Shown here: piece after piece, positions 38,129 through 51,964 of the stretch
Layout: each line of letters opens with the position of its first letter
Numbering within the stretch: the first letter of the stretch is position 1
Source: Octopus vulgaris
Taxonomy: Eukaryota
DNA length: 64,000 nt
Reading direction: 5' to 3'
Assembly: GCA_951406725.2 (NCBI GenBank)
Contig: OX597814.1
Span: forward strand, 98,828,001-98,892,000
Notes under the pieces: model-generated
Told to the model about the DNA's origin: nothing
What the model saw: only the letters and a program-made list of their open reading frames with translations
The model's database searches: none
Program-made: the position numbers and the translations under genes

Positions 38129-38515
38129 TGGAGGCGCAATGGCCCAGTGGTTAGGGCAGCGGACTCGCGGTCATAGGATCGCGGTTTCGATTCCCAGACC
38201 GGGCGTTGTGAGTGTTTATTGAGCGAAAACACCTAAAAAGCTCCACGAGGCTCCGGCAGGGGATGGTGGTGATCCCTGCTGTACTCTTTCACCACAACAT
38301 TCTCTCACTCTTACTTCCTGTTTCTGTTGTACCTGTATTTCAAGGGGCCGGCCTTGTCACTCTCTGTGTCACGCTGAATATCCCCGAGAACTACGTTAAG
38401 GGTGCACGTGTCTGTGGAGTGCTCAGCCACTTACACGTTAATTTCACGAGCAGGCTGTTCCGTTGATTCGGATCAACCGGAACCCTCATCGTTGTAACCG
38501 ACGGAATGCTTCCAC
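38129..38515 (+). mobile_element. SINE family F, full length
   Basis: Nearly identical to 15293-15677. Confidence 0.9.
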
Positions 38516-38934
38516 CACTATTAACCCATTGCAAGAGAGAACAATAACTTAAGGTTGATGGGTAGAAACGGGGTACCTAGTTTTGTATAAATATCACTCT
38601 GGCCAAATTCGTTTCTCTTTCTCTTTTTCTTTAGCAGTTGATTTGTTTTGGCTCTGATGAAGATATCATTATGAGGGTGGTTCCTATTAATGATATCTTC
38701 ATAATGATATCTTAATAATATCATAATGATAAATTAATGATATCTTCAAGATGATATCATGATGATATCATAATGATAAATTAATGATATCTTCATTATG
38801 AGGTGGTTCCTATGCTTTCGATTGATAGAACTGAACCATGAACACATCCAAATACATATCTGAAACAACTGTACTCTCATTACAAATAAATGTTTATAAC
38901 CGATTATTTCTGTCTATTATATATATATATATAG

Positions 38935-39065
38935 TTGAAATTTATAGAAGAACAAAAGACGAAGACAGGTGTGAATGAACAACAAACTAGTGTATTAGTT
39001 TGACGCTCGAGAAAAATGAAAAAGCCTTTTACGTTTCGAGCTTACGCTCTTCAGCAGCAAGGAAT
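38935..39065 (-). mobile_element. Family E PLE-terminal repeat with a hammerhead motif at 39025-39062
   Basis: Minus strand CCTTG-CTGCTGA-A-GAGC gtaa GCTC-GAAA-CG-TA-AAAGG. Confidence 0.65.
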
Positions 39066-39074
39066 TAGAGGAAA

Positions 39075-39241
39075 TATTCTGGTGGTCTTGAGGCCAGGTT
39101 GGCAGGAGTAATCTCCCACTTGGAATAAGTATCGAGTGCCAGAAACGCACTGAATAATCTAACTGGTGGAGATATCTTCCTGGAATTAAATGGCAGTATC
39201 GTCGTCTTTTAGAGGATAGCCACATTAAGGTGGGGGTAAGC

Positions 39242-39305
<64 letters not shown>

Positions 39306-39494
39306 ATATATATATATATATAGTATTGCTTACGCCCACTTTAATGTGGCTATCCTCTAAAAGACGACGATACTGTCATTTAATTCCAGGAAGATATCTC
39401 TACCAGCTGGTTTATTCAGTGCGTTTCTGGCACTCGATATTTATTGCAAGTGGGAGATAACCCCTGCCAACCTGGCCGCAAGACCACCAGAATA
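39075..39494. repeat. Inverted repeat (~173-nt arms) around a (CT)n(TA)n spacer
   Basis: 39075-39247 is the reverse complement of 39322-39494; the ORF track gives nearly the same peptide on both strands. Confidence 0.95.
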
Positions 39495-39649
39495 CGTGGT
39501 TTCGATCTGTATTGGCTCTCCTCGGTGGTGGGTAAACGTTGCCAGGCATGACAGCAGTTTACCTCGGTTGCAATATATAGAAAATACAGTGTCATAAATC
39601 ACTGATCAACCTGTCTCCAGAATTACCTTCCCTGCATTACTCCGCTGCT

Positions 39650-40556
39650 TTCATGGCCCATTTAGTCACTGTAGATGAAACTTGGTTTCGTCGTTATGAT
39701 CTCAAGAATAAGCAGCAATCATTGGAGTGGTGTCACAACGGTTCACCAAATCCCAAGAAGTTTCGGATCCAGATGTCAGCTGGAAAGATTCTGGCTTCAG
39801 TGTTCTGGGACAAAGACAAGAGTACTCCTCATAAAATACCAGCCAAAGGGTCGTGCCATCAACGCAGAATATTACATATTTCTGTTGGATGAACGGCGTG
39901 AAGCTTTGAAGCAGAAACTCTGTGGAAAGCTGAACCGTGAGGTCCTGTTTTTGCAGGAACGAGGCACCAGCACATACAACACATGAAACTCTTCGAAAAT
40001 ACGTGACTTTGGCTTACTCTGTAGTAGTAAGCGCCAAAAGCCTGCAACTAACTATAAAGAGGTTGTGGGGCATAAAATTTCATTACTGGATGTAAATACT
40101 ATTCTCCCAGTGGAGGCGCAATGGCCCAGTGGTTAGGGCAGCGGACTCGCGGTCATAGGATCGCGGTTTCGATTCCCAGACCGGGCGTTGTGAGTGTTTA
40201 TTGAGCGAAAACACCTAAAAAGCGCCACGAGGCTCCGGCAGGGGATGGTGGTGATCCCTGCTGTACTCTTTCACCACAACTTTCTCTCACTCTTACTCTC
40301 CTGACTTGGCCCCCTTCCGTCTATAACCTCTTTCACAACTGAAGAAATATCTCAAGGGAACGAAATTTCACTCCGCTACAGAGGTCTCACTGGAGGCCCA
40401 ACATTCCAAGTTCTTTTTAAAGGGTTTAGATAAATTGAAGGACCGCTGAAATAAGAGTATGGATTTGAATGGGAAATGCATTGTATAAAATCGTAATTGA
40501 CTGATCCTCAAATATTTCATTTTACCCAAAGTCAAGAACTATTCAGCACTCACTCG
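39650..40556 (+). mobile_element. Mariner (DD34D) 3' fragment interrupted by a ~280-nt insert
   Basis: LVTVDETWFRRYD..KQQSLEW..GSPNPKKFRIQMSAGKILASVFWD; YSPDLAPS resumes at about 40294; TIR-like end GAACTATTCAGCACTCACTCG|TA. Confidence 0.88.
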
Positions 40557-40705
40557 TATGTATATGTATGCATATATATGTGTATATATGTATGTACACA
40601 CACACACACACACATACACACGTGCACACACACACATACATACATATACGTATATATTATATGCATAAAAGCAGTGAAATATATATATATACACATATAT
40701 ACACA

Positions 40706-40751
<46 letters not shown>

Positions 40752-40844
40752 TACATACATATACGTATATATTATATGCATAAAAGCAGTGAAATATATA
40801 TATACATATATATATATATACGTACATACACACACACAAACACA

Positions 40845-40932
<88 letters not shown>

Positions 40933-41084
40933 AAATTAATAATATCAGGCTAAGAAAAATTTTAGAAATTTTTGCTACCAGTGGTCTAGCGTGTAGAAAA
41001 ATTAGTCAATAGACTATATATTATTCATATACACACACATATCATGGACTCTCTCTTCATCTATATGACGTATGAGGGTTCTGC

Positions 41085-41345
41085 TATTTCTTGCTGTCTA
41101 ACCACACACTTGATTTGTTTATAGCGATCAAATGTTTATGTACATATAAGCTCACCTTCTCCATCAAATCGACATGACCTGTACAGGTGCACGATATTCC
41201 ATTTGTTAAATGACAAAATAATCGCAGAGTAACATAAAAATGAAGTGTTTAGCCCCAAAACACAACACAACGCCCAGTCTGGGAATCGAAACCTCGATCT
41301 CGCAGTCGTAAGTGCAATGCCCTAACCACTAAGCCATGCGCCATG
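41085..41345 (-). mobile_element. tRNA-headed SINE (related copy at about 47770-47958)
   Basis: GGGAATCGAAACCTCGATCTCGCAGTCGTAAGTGCAATGCCCTAACCACTAAGCCATGCG is the reverse complement of an A/B-box head. Confidence 0.7.
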
Positions 41346-41388
41346 TACACACACACATGCGCGCACGTACACACACATGTATATATGC

Positions 41389-41544
<156 letters not shown>

Positions 41545-42076
41545 GTATATATATATACAGACACATAGACACATATCTTGTTTTGTCTCTAGGTCATACT
41601 GCTTAATATTTCGTAGGTGCAGAACGCGCCAAATCCTTCATTCTAAACATCTGCGCCTACGAAACCTTATGTGATGTTGAGCTGAGTCAACCTGTTATTA
41701 AATACTTACAACTTCAAATACATATGTCCAGCTGTGCATTTTTTATTTGTATGTTAGCCTACACATACGATCACACTCACATAACACATACACACGCGTA
41801 AAGACATACTATACACATGCATATATGTTTGTACCAAACTTAGAAAACGTACGACTGGAAGCTGGATTAATAATTGCTCAGTATCGATTTTCTAACAAAG
41901 AGGGAGTATATAGAGCTAGTTTCTGTCAGTATCGAAATGATATTTAAAGGATTTTTCTCACATTGTCTCATTGTCTCCCAAACTTTTCTATCAACATTAT
42001 TTTTTTTATTGTACGAACTTACGTATGAATGTATGTCTGACTGTCTGTCTATCTCTCTCCCCCACTCTCTCTCTAT

Positions 42077-42113
<37 letters not shown>

Positions 42114-42214
42114 CATATATATAACTATTATGTTTATCTATGATTATAGACACAAATACATAAATAGATGCACATACACACAAACACACAGACACACTCA
42201 CATACATATATATG

Positions 42215-42260
<46 letters not shown>

Positions 42261-42297
42261 TATACACACTCGTATATGTACATACACATATATATAT

Positions 42298-42365
<68 letters not shown>

Positions 42366-42633
42366 GTATATATGCTTGTATGCACGGTTGTGCGTTTGTA
42401 TGTATTTGTATAGCTATGTATAGTGGGAGTATATGTGCACGCAGTGTATGTACATATGCGCGTGCGTGTGTTTTGTTCGTTCCGGTTCATTTTGGTTGCG
42501 CTTCATTGTTTCATTTGATTCATTCATTTTGCGATCATAGTTTCTTTGTTGCGGCAACTGAATTGTAAAGTTATGTAAATATATGAATAATATTTGAGAT
42601 AAGAAAAATCTAATATACACATTACATACATGC

Positions 42634-42677
<44 letters not shown>

Positions 42678-42887
42678 GCATATATATTTATGCATATATG
42701 TATGCATTAATGTATTATGTGTTGTGACTGCTGGATCCGTGCGTGTCAATATTTATTTCCAGTTGTGGGTGGAGCTAGTGAATGAAGAAAAGGAATAAGA
42801 AAGTAAGGGTAAGTAGAACTGAGTTGTTTTGCATGTAAATGTATGTAAATGTGTGTTGGTAAACCGGATTGTTTCCCAATACCCACA

Positions 42888-42934
<47 letters not shown>

Positions 42935-43047
42935 GGAGTATGGCTCCAAACTTACAGGGAAAAATTAGATTTAGGATTAAATCAAATTTCACAGTATAAA
43001 TATATAAAATATATAAAATAGTGGTTTTATATCTAATTCATATTTTA

Positions 43048-43127
<80 letters not shown>

Positions 43128-43161
43128 AATCTATCTATCTAAATGTATATAGATATATATG

Positions 43162-43270
<109 letters not shown>

Positions 43271-43289
43271 TTATTTATTTTATAGAAGG

Positions 43290-43340
43290 AGCTTCTACAG
43301 GACTAGAACTGTTTCATTCAGATGAAATCTTCAGGAAGCT
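43290..43340 (-). ncRNA. Complete type-I hammerhead ribozyme
   Basis: Minus strand AGCTTC-CTGAAGA-T TTC atct GAA T-GAAA-CAG ttctagtc CTG-TA-GAAGCT. 6-bp stem I, 4-bp stem III, GUA triplet; CATAAATA box about 25 nt upstream. Confidence 0.85.
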
Positions 43341-43604
43341 GGCTGTCAAAATAAAGTTCTGGTATTTATGCATATAGGCGGATTTAATGGAGTGGTGGTG
43401 GGGGACGTTTTTTGGGTAGGTAGGTATTTAGGAGATAAACAGGGCACAAGCTATTGTTCTTAGGGGAGTGGTCGAAAGGCCAGAGTGTTTTTTGAAATGA
43501 GAAGAATCAGTGAGAAAATAAATAAATAAATGAATAAATAGAATAAATGAATAGAAACAGATATATGGGATGGGATTTTAGGTAAATTAGAAGACAATTG
43601 CTTT

Positions 43605-44490
43605 TTGGTAGGAGATGCTATTCGTTGTGGCTGAGATCTCACAACCTTTTAAGATTGAATGGTTTCTTCTGATGAACTCTTCTCTTTTGTTCTGTCCACG
43701 TTTGCTCGATGATATTTAAGTCATGGCTTTGAGTTGGCCAGTCTTTCAATGCGTTAACACCTTCATCAGCCAGACTTTGTTGTGTTGCACACGATCTGTA
43801 GCACTGAACTCCATCAGACTCTTACACCCAAACTTCACTGTTTTCTAATAAGCAATAATTTGTCAGAAGGCCTCCACGAAAGCGAAATGACTCCCGTTAC
43901 ATGAAGAAAACAATGAAGTTTCGGGGTAAGAGTCTGATACTTTGGAAGTACATAAAAATTGATGGTTCAAGAAAGTTGATTAAAGTTGACCGTAACTTGA
44001 ATAGTGCAAAATACATCCAGTTACTGAAGGACAATTTGATACCAGACTTGGATGAAGGTGAGATTATTCAGCATGTCGGAGATCCATGTCACAGATCACA
44101 TGCAACACAACAGTCTGGCTGACGAAGGTGTTACTGCATTGAAAGATTGGCCAGCTCAGAGCCCTGACTTAAATATCATCAAGCAGATGTGGCCAGAACT
44201 AAAGGGAAATGTTCATCAGAAGAAACCACGCAATCTTGAAAAGTTGTGAGAGCTCAGCAACAGAGAATGGCATCTCATACCTGTGAAGATGGTGAAGAAT
44301 TTGTACGCATCTGTTCCCAGGCGCATTGAAGCAATTATTCAAGCTAAGGGAAGCCATACGAAATATTAACAATGTACATTAACTTCTTGAAATTAACATT
44401 ATGTAATAAATTTTCATTGTAGACATTTTTCTGTTTTAAAACACTGTATCTTGATTAGTTTATGTGAGGTGGCTGAAAAGTTATGCACAT
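43605..44490. mobile_element. Tc1-like (DD34E) relic: 3' part on + (about 43880-44490) with an inverted partial copy on - (about 43605-43835)
   Basis: LNSAKYIQLLKDNL, DWPAQSPDLNIIKQMWPELKGNVHQKKPRNL, AKGSHTKY*; the minus-strand copy reads KRRVHQKKPFNLKRL*DLSHNE*HLLP. Confidence 0.85.
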
Positions 44491-44987
44491 CTATTTTTTT
44501 TTGGTGGTTGTCTCGCATCTTCTCCTCTCATTCAGAACCCTTGCTATAGAATGTAATAATTACCCCTTCTCTCCCACAATAGTATTCATAGAATTTTACC
44601 CCTAACCATAGATAACCTTAATTAGTTTATACCCGCCATTGTTACAAGTCAGCATTTAACTAACTTGAAAGAGATACACTAATCTCCCCCCCCCCCCCAA
44701 TCAAATAATTTACTTTTAGCACTTTCCACTGCACAAAAATAAACACTCTTCTTACATAACATAACCACTTTTTACTCTAATATATGTACGTCCTTATTTT
44801 TCTTTCTATAATGATATATAGGTAAGTGTATATGTGTATGTGTGTATGCATCTGTATCTATATGGCTGTTTGTGTATATGTAAATATACATCCATGTATG
44901 CATATAGATGTACAAGTGTCGATATGTGTGTGAATAGGCGTGCTCGTATGTGTGCTTGAGCATGGTGTACCTACCTATGAACGTATA

Positions 44988-45212
44988 CTCTTTTTACTCT
45001 TTTACTTGTTTCAGTCATTTGACTGCGGCCATGCTGGAGCACCGCCTTTAGTCGAGCAACTCGACCCCGGGACTTATTCTTTGTAAGCCCAGTACTTATT
45101 CTATCGGTCTCTTTTGCCGAACCGCTAAGTGACGGGGACGTAAACACACCAGCATCGGTTGTCAAGCAATGCTAGGGGGACAAACACAGACACACAAACA
45201 TATGCACACACA

Positions 45213-45270
<58 letters not shown>

Positions 45271-45435
45271 TACGACAGGCTTCTTTCAGTTTCCGTCTAC
45301 CAAATTCACTCACAAGGCATTGGTCGGCCCGGGGCTATAGCAGAAGACACATGCCCAAGATGCCTCGCAGTGGGACTGAACCCGGAACCATGTGGTTTGT
45401 TAGCAAGCTACTTACCACGCAGCCACTCCTGCGCC
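44988..45435 (-). mobile_element. SINE family B, full length and young
   Basis: Clean reverse complement of the 20422 element, including the head GGCGCAGGAGTGGCTGCGTGGTAAG. Confidence 0.9.
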
Positions 45436-45553
45436 TATATACATAACATTTTTCTAGGTTTTATCCTGTTTCATTTTACCACTCCCTCTTTTATGATAAC
45501 TGAAAAACTATATAAACCATTTTACTTTATTATTATTTACATAAAAATATATA

Positions 45554-45765
45554 TCTATTATACAAAATCTGTTCTGTCTGTCTGTGTGTGTGTCTTCTAG
45601 GATCTCGGGCATCCTCCATCCGATTGCGCTCAAATTTGATATGTATATACCGACGGTATCAGGGCGTGTATAAGTCTTGAAAAAATTACAAAAATTGATT
45701 CCAGGTGAGAATGCGATCGATAAGGCCGTTGGAATGTGCATTTGTAAAATCGTTTTTCTTGGACT
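45554..45765 (+). mobile_element. Helitron 5' fragment
   Basis: A|TCTATTATACAAAATCTGTTCTGTCTGTCTGTG...CATCCGATTGCGCTCAAATTTG is a typical non-autonomous Helitron 5' end; no clear 3' hairpin. Confidence 0.55.
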
Positions 45766-46987
45766 AGAAAAAAAGTCTATCTTTATTTCTTCTTTTGCTG
45801 GTGTCTCAAATTTAGGTTAAATCAGTGTTTCTCAAAGGGGAGGCCTATGGGACGGTCGGACAAGTTGTTTTGAGAAAATTTGGTTTCAATGTTTGACAAC
45901 TCAGCACCGTCCATTGGACGGGGTACATTTTGCTCGTGATATATAAAATAGTTCCTATTGTAGCTACATACGCATGGATGTTTTGTAGCCCGCCAACCAA
46001 TACATACATATTATATAATATAACACATAAATAATACTTGTTAAATCTTCTTAACCACTTGAGAAATACATACATAAGCTTACTTATTACTTGAAAAATC
46101 CATAACTATCTCTCCTTAACCATAAATCATCCCTTTGTTTTCTACTATATATGTATAGTTTTAACCTGCATTGATATAAGCTTCTTCAATACCCCTTACA
46201 ATAAATATTCCTTATTTACTTATTTCCGTTCCGTCGATTAACGTTTTTTTTTTACTTAAAATGACCATCCTTTTGTTTTTGAAATTAACTGACCAATAGT
46301 CTCCTCTTACCTGGCCAAACCCTTCCTACTTCAAAATTGGAGTAGTATAGCATGTTTTCCACTTAGATTAAAAGTAACCATATATAAAATTACTGATATT
46401 TCCGGTAATAATCTTGATTTATGTTATCTAGATGTATCGGGCAGTAAATCGCGCTAATTTTTATAATCATGTTTTGTAGAATTGTATAAGTCTCCCATTC
46501 TCACGTGCGCAAAACAGAATATTCTGCCTCCCACTTTAATTAATTTATTTTACGGTTTTTTTAATGCTCATAATATAATTTAATTATGCTAATCGATTAG
46601 GAAATTATCGATAAATAAGATATGGCTAACTGTTATCATTTTAAGTTCTGTAACTCCCTGTATTTTTACTTTTTACTTTTAAATACTCAAACAGTTGCTA
46701 TATATTCAACATACGCCGTCAAATGCCCCTTCCCCCCCATACATAGGCATGTATCACTAATTATTATAACTATTTTAATTGTATAACTAAATTTTTCAGT
46801 CGGTCGAAATGTTTTCAGAGGGATAGCATAAATTGGTATATCCGTAGTTTCTATTTTTCTCTTTCTTTTTCTTTTCTTTTTCTTTCTTTTTCCGCTCTGA
46901 TGAATTTCCACTATTTAAGTTGGTATAATTATTTACACTCATAATTATTATTATTGTAATAATTAAGCCTAATTATGCTCACCTATC

Positions 46988-47064
<77 letters not shown>

Positions 47065-47249
47065 CCGATCTATTTGTCTGTCTGTCTGTCTATCTATCTA
47101 TCCATCAGTCTATCTTTCTATTTATCACTGTATTAAGTTATGAGAACAAAAAGAAAGACAGTACGGGATGTCAAGTTTTGACAAATATTATATTAGCTTA
47201 ATGTTTAAAAAGACGGGAAAGATTTTTGATGCTTTGGGTGCTAAGAGTA

Positions 47250-47483
47250 AAAGGTAAAGACCCCTTCATTCATGAATGACCATGGGGTCGCACACAGAAA
47301 GTTACCCCACGAAACACAAGTCAAGGGCAAGGTTGTTTATGCATACCAGCCTCCCTTCCCCATGCCACTGATGTTATCCAAGGGAAAAGCAAAGACCGAT
47401 AAAGGAACACTTCACACTGCTCGGTCCAGGAATCGAACTCACTTTCTCAAGATTGTGAGCCCGACGCTCTAACCACTGAGCCC
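47250..47483 (-). mobile_element. SINE family C, internally deleted
   Basis: AAAGACCCCTTCATTCATGAATGACCATGGG tail and GGAATCGAACTCAC...CTCTAACCACTGAGC head. Confidence 0.75.
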
Positions 47484-48237
47484 TACACCAAAAATAAAAG
47501 AAATATAAATGGTGGCTAGAAAACAAAGGTTAGGGACCAGCTTGGGATTAGGTTGTAGAGGGGATTAGGAAGGGAGGAGGAAGTGGATGGAGTGAGCAGG
47601 TATAGGAGGGCATGTATAGAGATATAACTACAAGGGAGGTGTGTGTGTACGTGTGTGATATTAAGGGGCGCTTGTGGTTCCTTGATCTGTGAGTAGGTAT
47701 GTTGTGTGCAAGTATGTTAGCATAATGGCATATAGTTTATAGTCGTCAAATGTTGGTGGTGTATATATGCTCTTTCTTGCCATCAAATAGGTGCTGCATG
47801 AACAGATGTACGGTGAACTACATGTCAGGTGTCGGAGTGATCGCAGAGCCACGTTAGATTAAGTGTTTTGTTCAAGAACACAACGCACCACTTGGTCCAG
47901 GAATTGAAACCACGATCTCGCGTTCATGAGTGCAACACCCTAACCACTAAGCTATGCTCTCCACCACATTATACATACACACACACACACACACACACAC
48001 ATATATGTACATACACACACATATACATATGTACATACACACACATATATGTACTCATATAATATATATATACATGTATATATATATAAAATAAAATACA
48101 AAATGGGGCAAGAACGCAAAACATCCGGACAACTAGGCGATACAAAAATGGACAACAAAACATCTAGATAAACGATACAAAAAACATATATACATGTATA
48201 TATGTATATATATGCTTATCTGTATGCTTGTCTGTAT

Positions 48238-48300
<63 letters not shown>

Positions 48301-48314
48301 CATACATACATACA

Positions 48315-48350
<36 letters not shown>

Positions 48351-48679
48351 TATCATTGCTATCGTGCAAAAGTGTCATAAGTCCAAAACGTTGCTTTTTC
48401 AGAAAACAGAAAACAATAGTTTCTCCATTCCATTTCTTTTTACGTTAGAAACAGTTTCAGCTTAACAATAATACTTTTTTGGGTGCATAAAATCTTAACT
48501 CCATGCAGGTATGATATTTTGAGTCAGAAATATGTTTGCAAAACTGTCGAATGTCGGACTTGTTATACTTTTGAGAAATGCTAAACTGTTTGTACAACAC
48601 TTGGACTATTTTCATCTGAAGAAGCTGGAGATACGATAGTTTGACCAAAACTACCGGCTATTGCAAGCAAAATTAAATA

Positions 48680-48895
48680 TTCTTTTCTACTCTAGGTACA
48701 AGGCCGGGATTTTTTGTGAAGGAGGCCTGTCGATTAGATCGACCCTAGTACGCAACCGTTACTTAATATATCGACTCCGAAAGGATGAAAGACAAAGTCG
48801 ACCTCGGCGGAATTTGAACTCAGAACGTAAAGACAGACGAAATGCCGCTAAGCATTTCGCCCGATGCGTTAACCTTTCTGCCAGCGCGCCGCCTT
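48680..48895 (-). mobile_element. SINE family A
   Basis: CGAAAGGATGAAAGACAAAGTCGACCTCGGCGGAATTTGAACTCAG...TTCTGCCAGCGCGCCGCCTT. Confidence 0.85.
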
Positions 48896-49786
48896 AGTAA
48901 AATTAAATATTGAAAAAAAGAAAAATAAACGCATTTGGCCGAATTTGGACATACAACAGTTTAACATAATAGCAACGATATACATGTGTGTGTGTATAGA
49001 GGTGTGTGTACGTGAGTGTGTGCGTGTGTGTGAGTTAGTGAGTATGTGTGTAAGCGTGTGCATGTAGGCAAAAACACGTATGCGTGCATTTGCATTGCAT
49101 TGTCTATCGATTGAATATCCGTCGTTAACATGTTTCGAACTGGAAAATGTATACAACAATATACAAATAAAACGTATTTCCTAGAAATCTTTGTACATCA
49201 TGATGTGCTAAATTTTTTTTTTATATACGAAAATGAATACTTTCAGTGAATGTACAGTGTTTTTGTGTCAAAGTGTGCATGTACAGGTGTAAAGGAGGTG
49301 TACAGTTGTTGTGTACGCGGGGGGCTGAGAATCTATATTACAAGGATAAAAATCATGTCCCGTTTATATATGGTGAGCTTCTAAACTGATAAATACATTG
49401 CTATAGATGGCTGTTTCCTTTTAGAGATACATATATACATAGTTTATATATATGCAAGCGTACGTACATGCATACATACTTACACATACAAATGTACGTA
49501 CATACATACGGATATATACGTAGGTCCGTACCTACCTAGCTACCTAGCTACCTACCTACATACATACATACATTCCTTACATACATATGCGTAAGCACAG
49601 TCATATATTAACACACGCACACACTCACACACACACACACATATATACATGTGAGTGTGTATATATATATGTCTGTGTATATGTGTATGTATTTATACAC
49701 ATATATATTTATGTGTATGTATGTTTATATATGTAAATGTATGTATATAACTACACACAAACACACACATATATTTAATGTATACA

Positions 49787-49831
<45 letters not shown>

Positions 49832-49952
49832 ATATATATAGGTATACATACACAAACACGCATATATATATGTGCATTCTTTTATATACGCGCGCGCGCA
49901 CACACACATATATGTATATAAGTATATATGTATATATGTATATATATATGTA

Positions 49953-49997
<45 letters not shown>

Positions 49998-50124
49998 GCG
50001 TTGACACTTAGATAATATAAACCTTTTTCAAGAATAAGCATTTCTAAAAGATATTCATGTATACACATACGTATATTATCTGTATGAGGGTGGTTTAATG
50101 AAACCGTGCGTGTGTCTGTGAGAT

Positions 50125-50168
<44 letters not shown>

Positions 50169-50183
50169 TGCGTGTGTGTGTGT

Positions 50184-50222
<39 letters not shown>

Positions 50223-50239
50223 CGTGTGTGTGTGTGTGT

Positions 50240-50270
<31 letters not shown>

Positions 50271-50831
50271 CGTGCGTGCGTGTGTTACTGTATACATTTT
50301 CATCCCCTCTTAAACGTTTATCTCCGTGTTATGAACTAATGTTTTAGCATATGTATATAAGCCAGTGCATGTGTATACATATGTTTGGGGGAAATGTCCA
50401 TCTATGTGTGATACTGAGTGCAGTTGCGTGTGCATTTGTGTTTGTGTTTGTGCTTGCGTATGTAATTACTCGGGTATTTTATGTAGATGTACGAATTTGC
50501 TCGCAAAGGATATTACTTAAGTTTAGAAATCGATACAGGCTACTCAGATTAGTTACTGTTCAAGTATGTAAGCAAGTGAAAGTACATACACACATACATA
50601 CATGCATTCATGCATGCATCCATCCGTCCATACATGCATATACACATTCATGCATACATATATATGTATACATATAAACACATGTTGGTATATATACACA
50701 TGTTGGTATATATATATATATATATGTGTGTGTGTATATATACATTTATACATACATATACACATATGGTGATACATGTACATATATGTACATATGTATA
50801 TACATACATTGCATACATGTAAACATGTATG

Positions 50832-50870
<39 letters not shown>

Positions 50871-51898
50871 GTACATATAAATATATATATGTATATATAT
50901 TTATATGTATGTATATGTATATATATATATGCGTATGTATGTATATTTATACATACAGACATATGTTCACACAAACATATGTATATACATACAAACATAG
51001 AAATACATGTACATAATATAAATATCTACGCGTGGATGTGTTTATGAGTATGTGTATCCATATAATTTGTATTCAATCTGATATCTCTACGGCTTAACGT
51101 CTTTCTCTAAGTTTTCAACATCTATTCACACAAATTTTGGATGTTCCTGTCGACGAATTTGAATGCGTTGCTAACACTAATGTTCCCTTTGCTTCCATTC
51201 CCGATTATAATATCATAGGAATGCAATGTTACTGATCATGTTACTACCACTGCTGCTGATGCTACTGCTGTTCTTATAATGCATTCAGATTGGCTTGTGA
51301 GCGCTGTCAATAAAATGTACTGATGCGTTTAGTGTATATCGACCGCAAAGTAAAACCAAATGATTTGAATCGATCTATTGTATTTGCACGACTATCGACT
51401 TGCTTAACAGCGCATTTAGCTCGGTTGCGTGTGTATTTGTGTAAAAATATGTGTATATACGTGTGTATTAAATTGCGTGCGTGTGTAAGTGTTTCAAAGT
51501 GTCTACTTGAAATGGTAAATGAACCTGAATATGCGTATATGGGTGCGTACGGTTGTTAGGACATATGAATATCACAGTATATGTCCGTGCGTTTACTGTT
51601 GTACAGTTATCTGCAGTTTTTTTCCCTGCGTGAATATAAATGCGAGGGACGAAAGAGTAAAAGAAACAAGAAAAGGGAGTGGGAAATAAAATAGATAGTT
51701 GGACAGAGAATTATAGATAAATACATAGAAAGTAACAAAAACCGAAACATTTATAACAGCAAACATTCAGCACAAATGCACAATGGAGAAAGCAGGTTCC
51801 GTGATAAACGTACGAGGGTAAGTGCAATAGAAAAAAGTACGAAAAATAAGATATGTATACATACACACAAACACACACATATACGCAAACACACGCAC

Positions 51899-51963
<65 letters not shown>

Positions 51964-51964
<1 letters not shown>

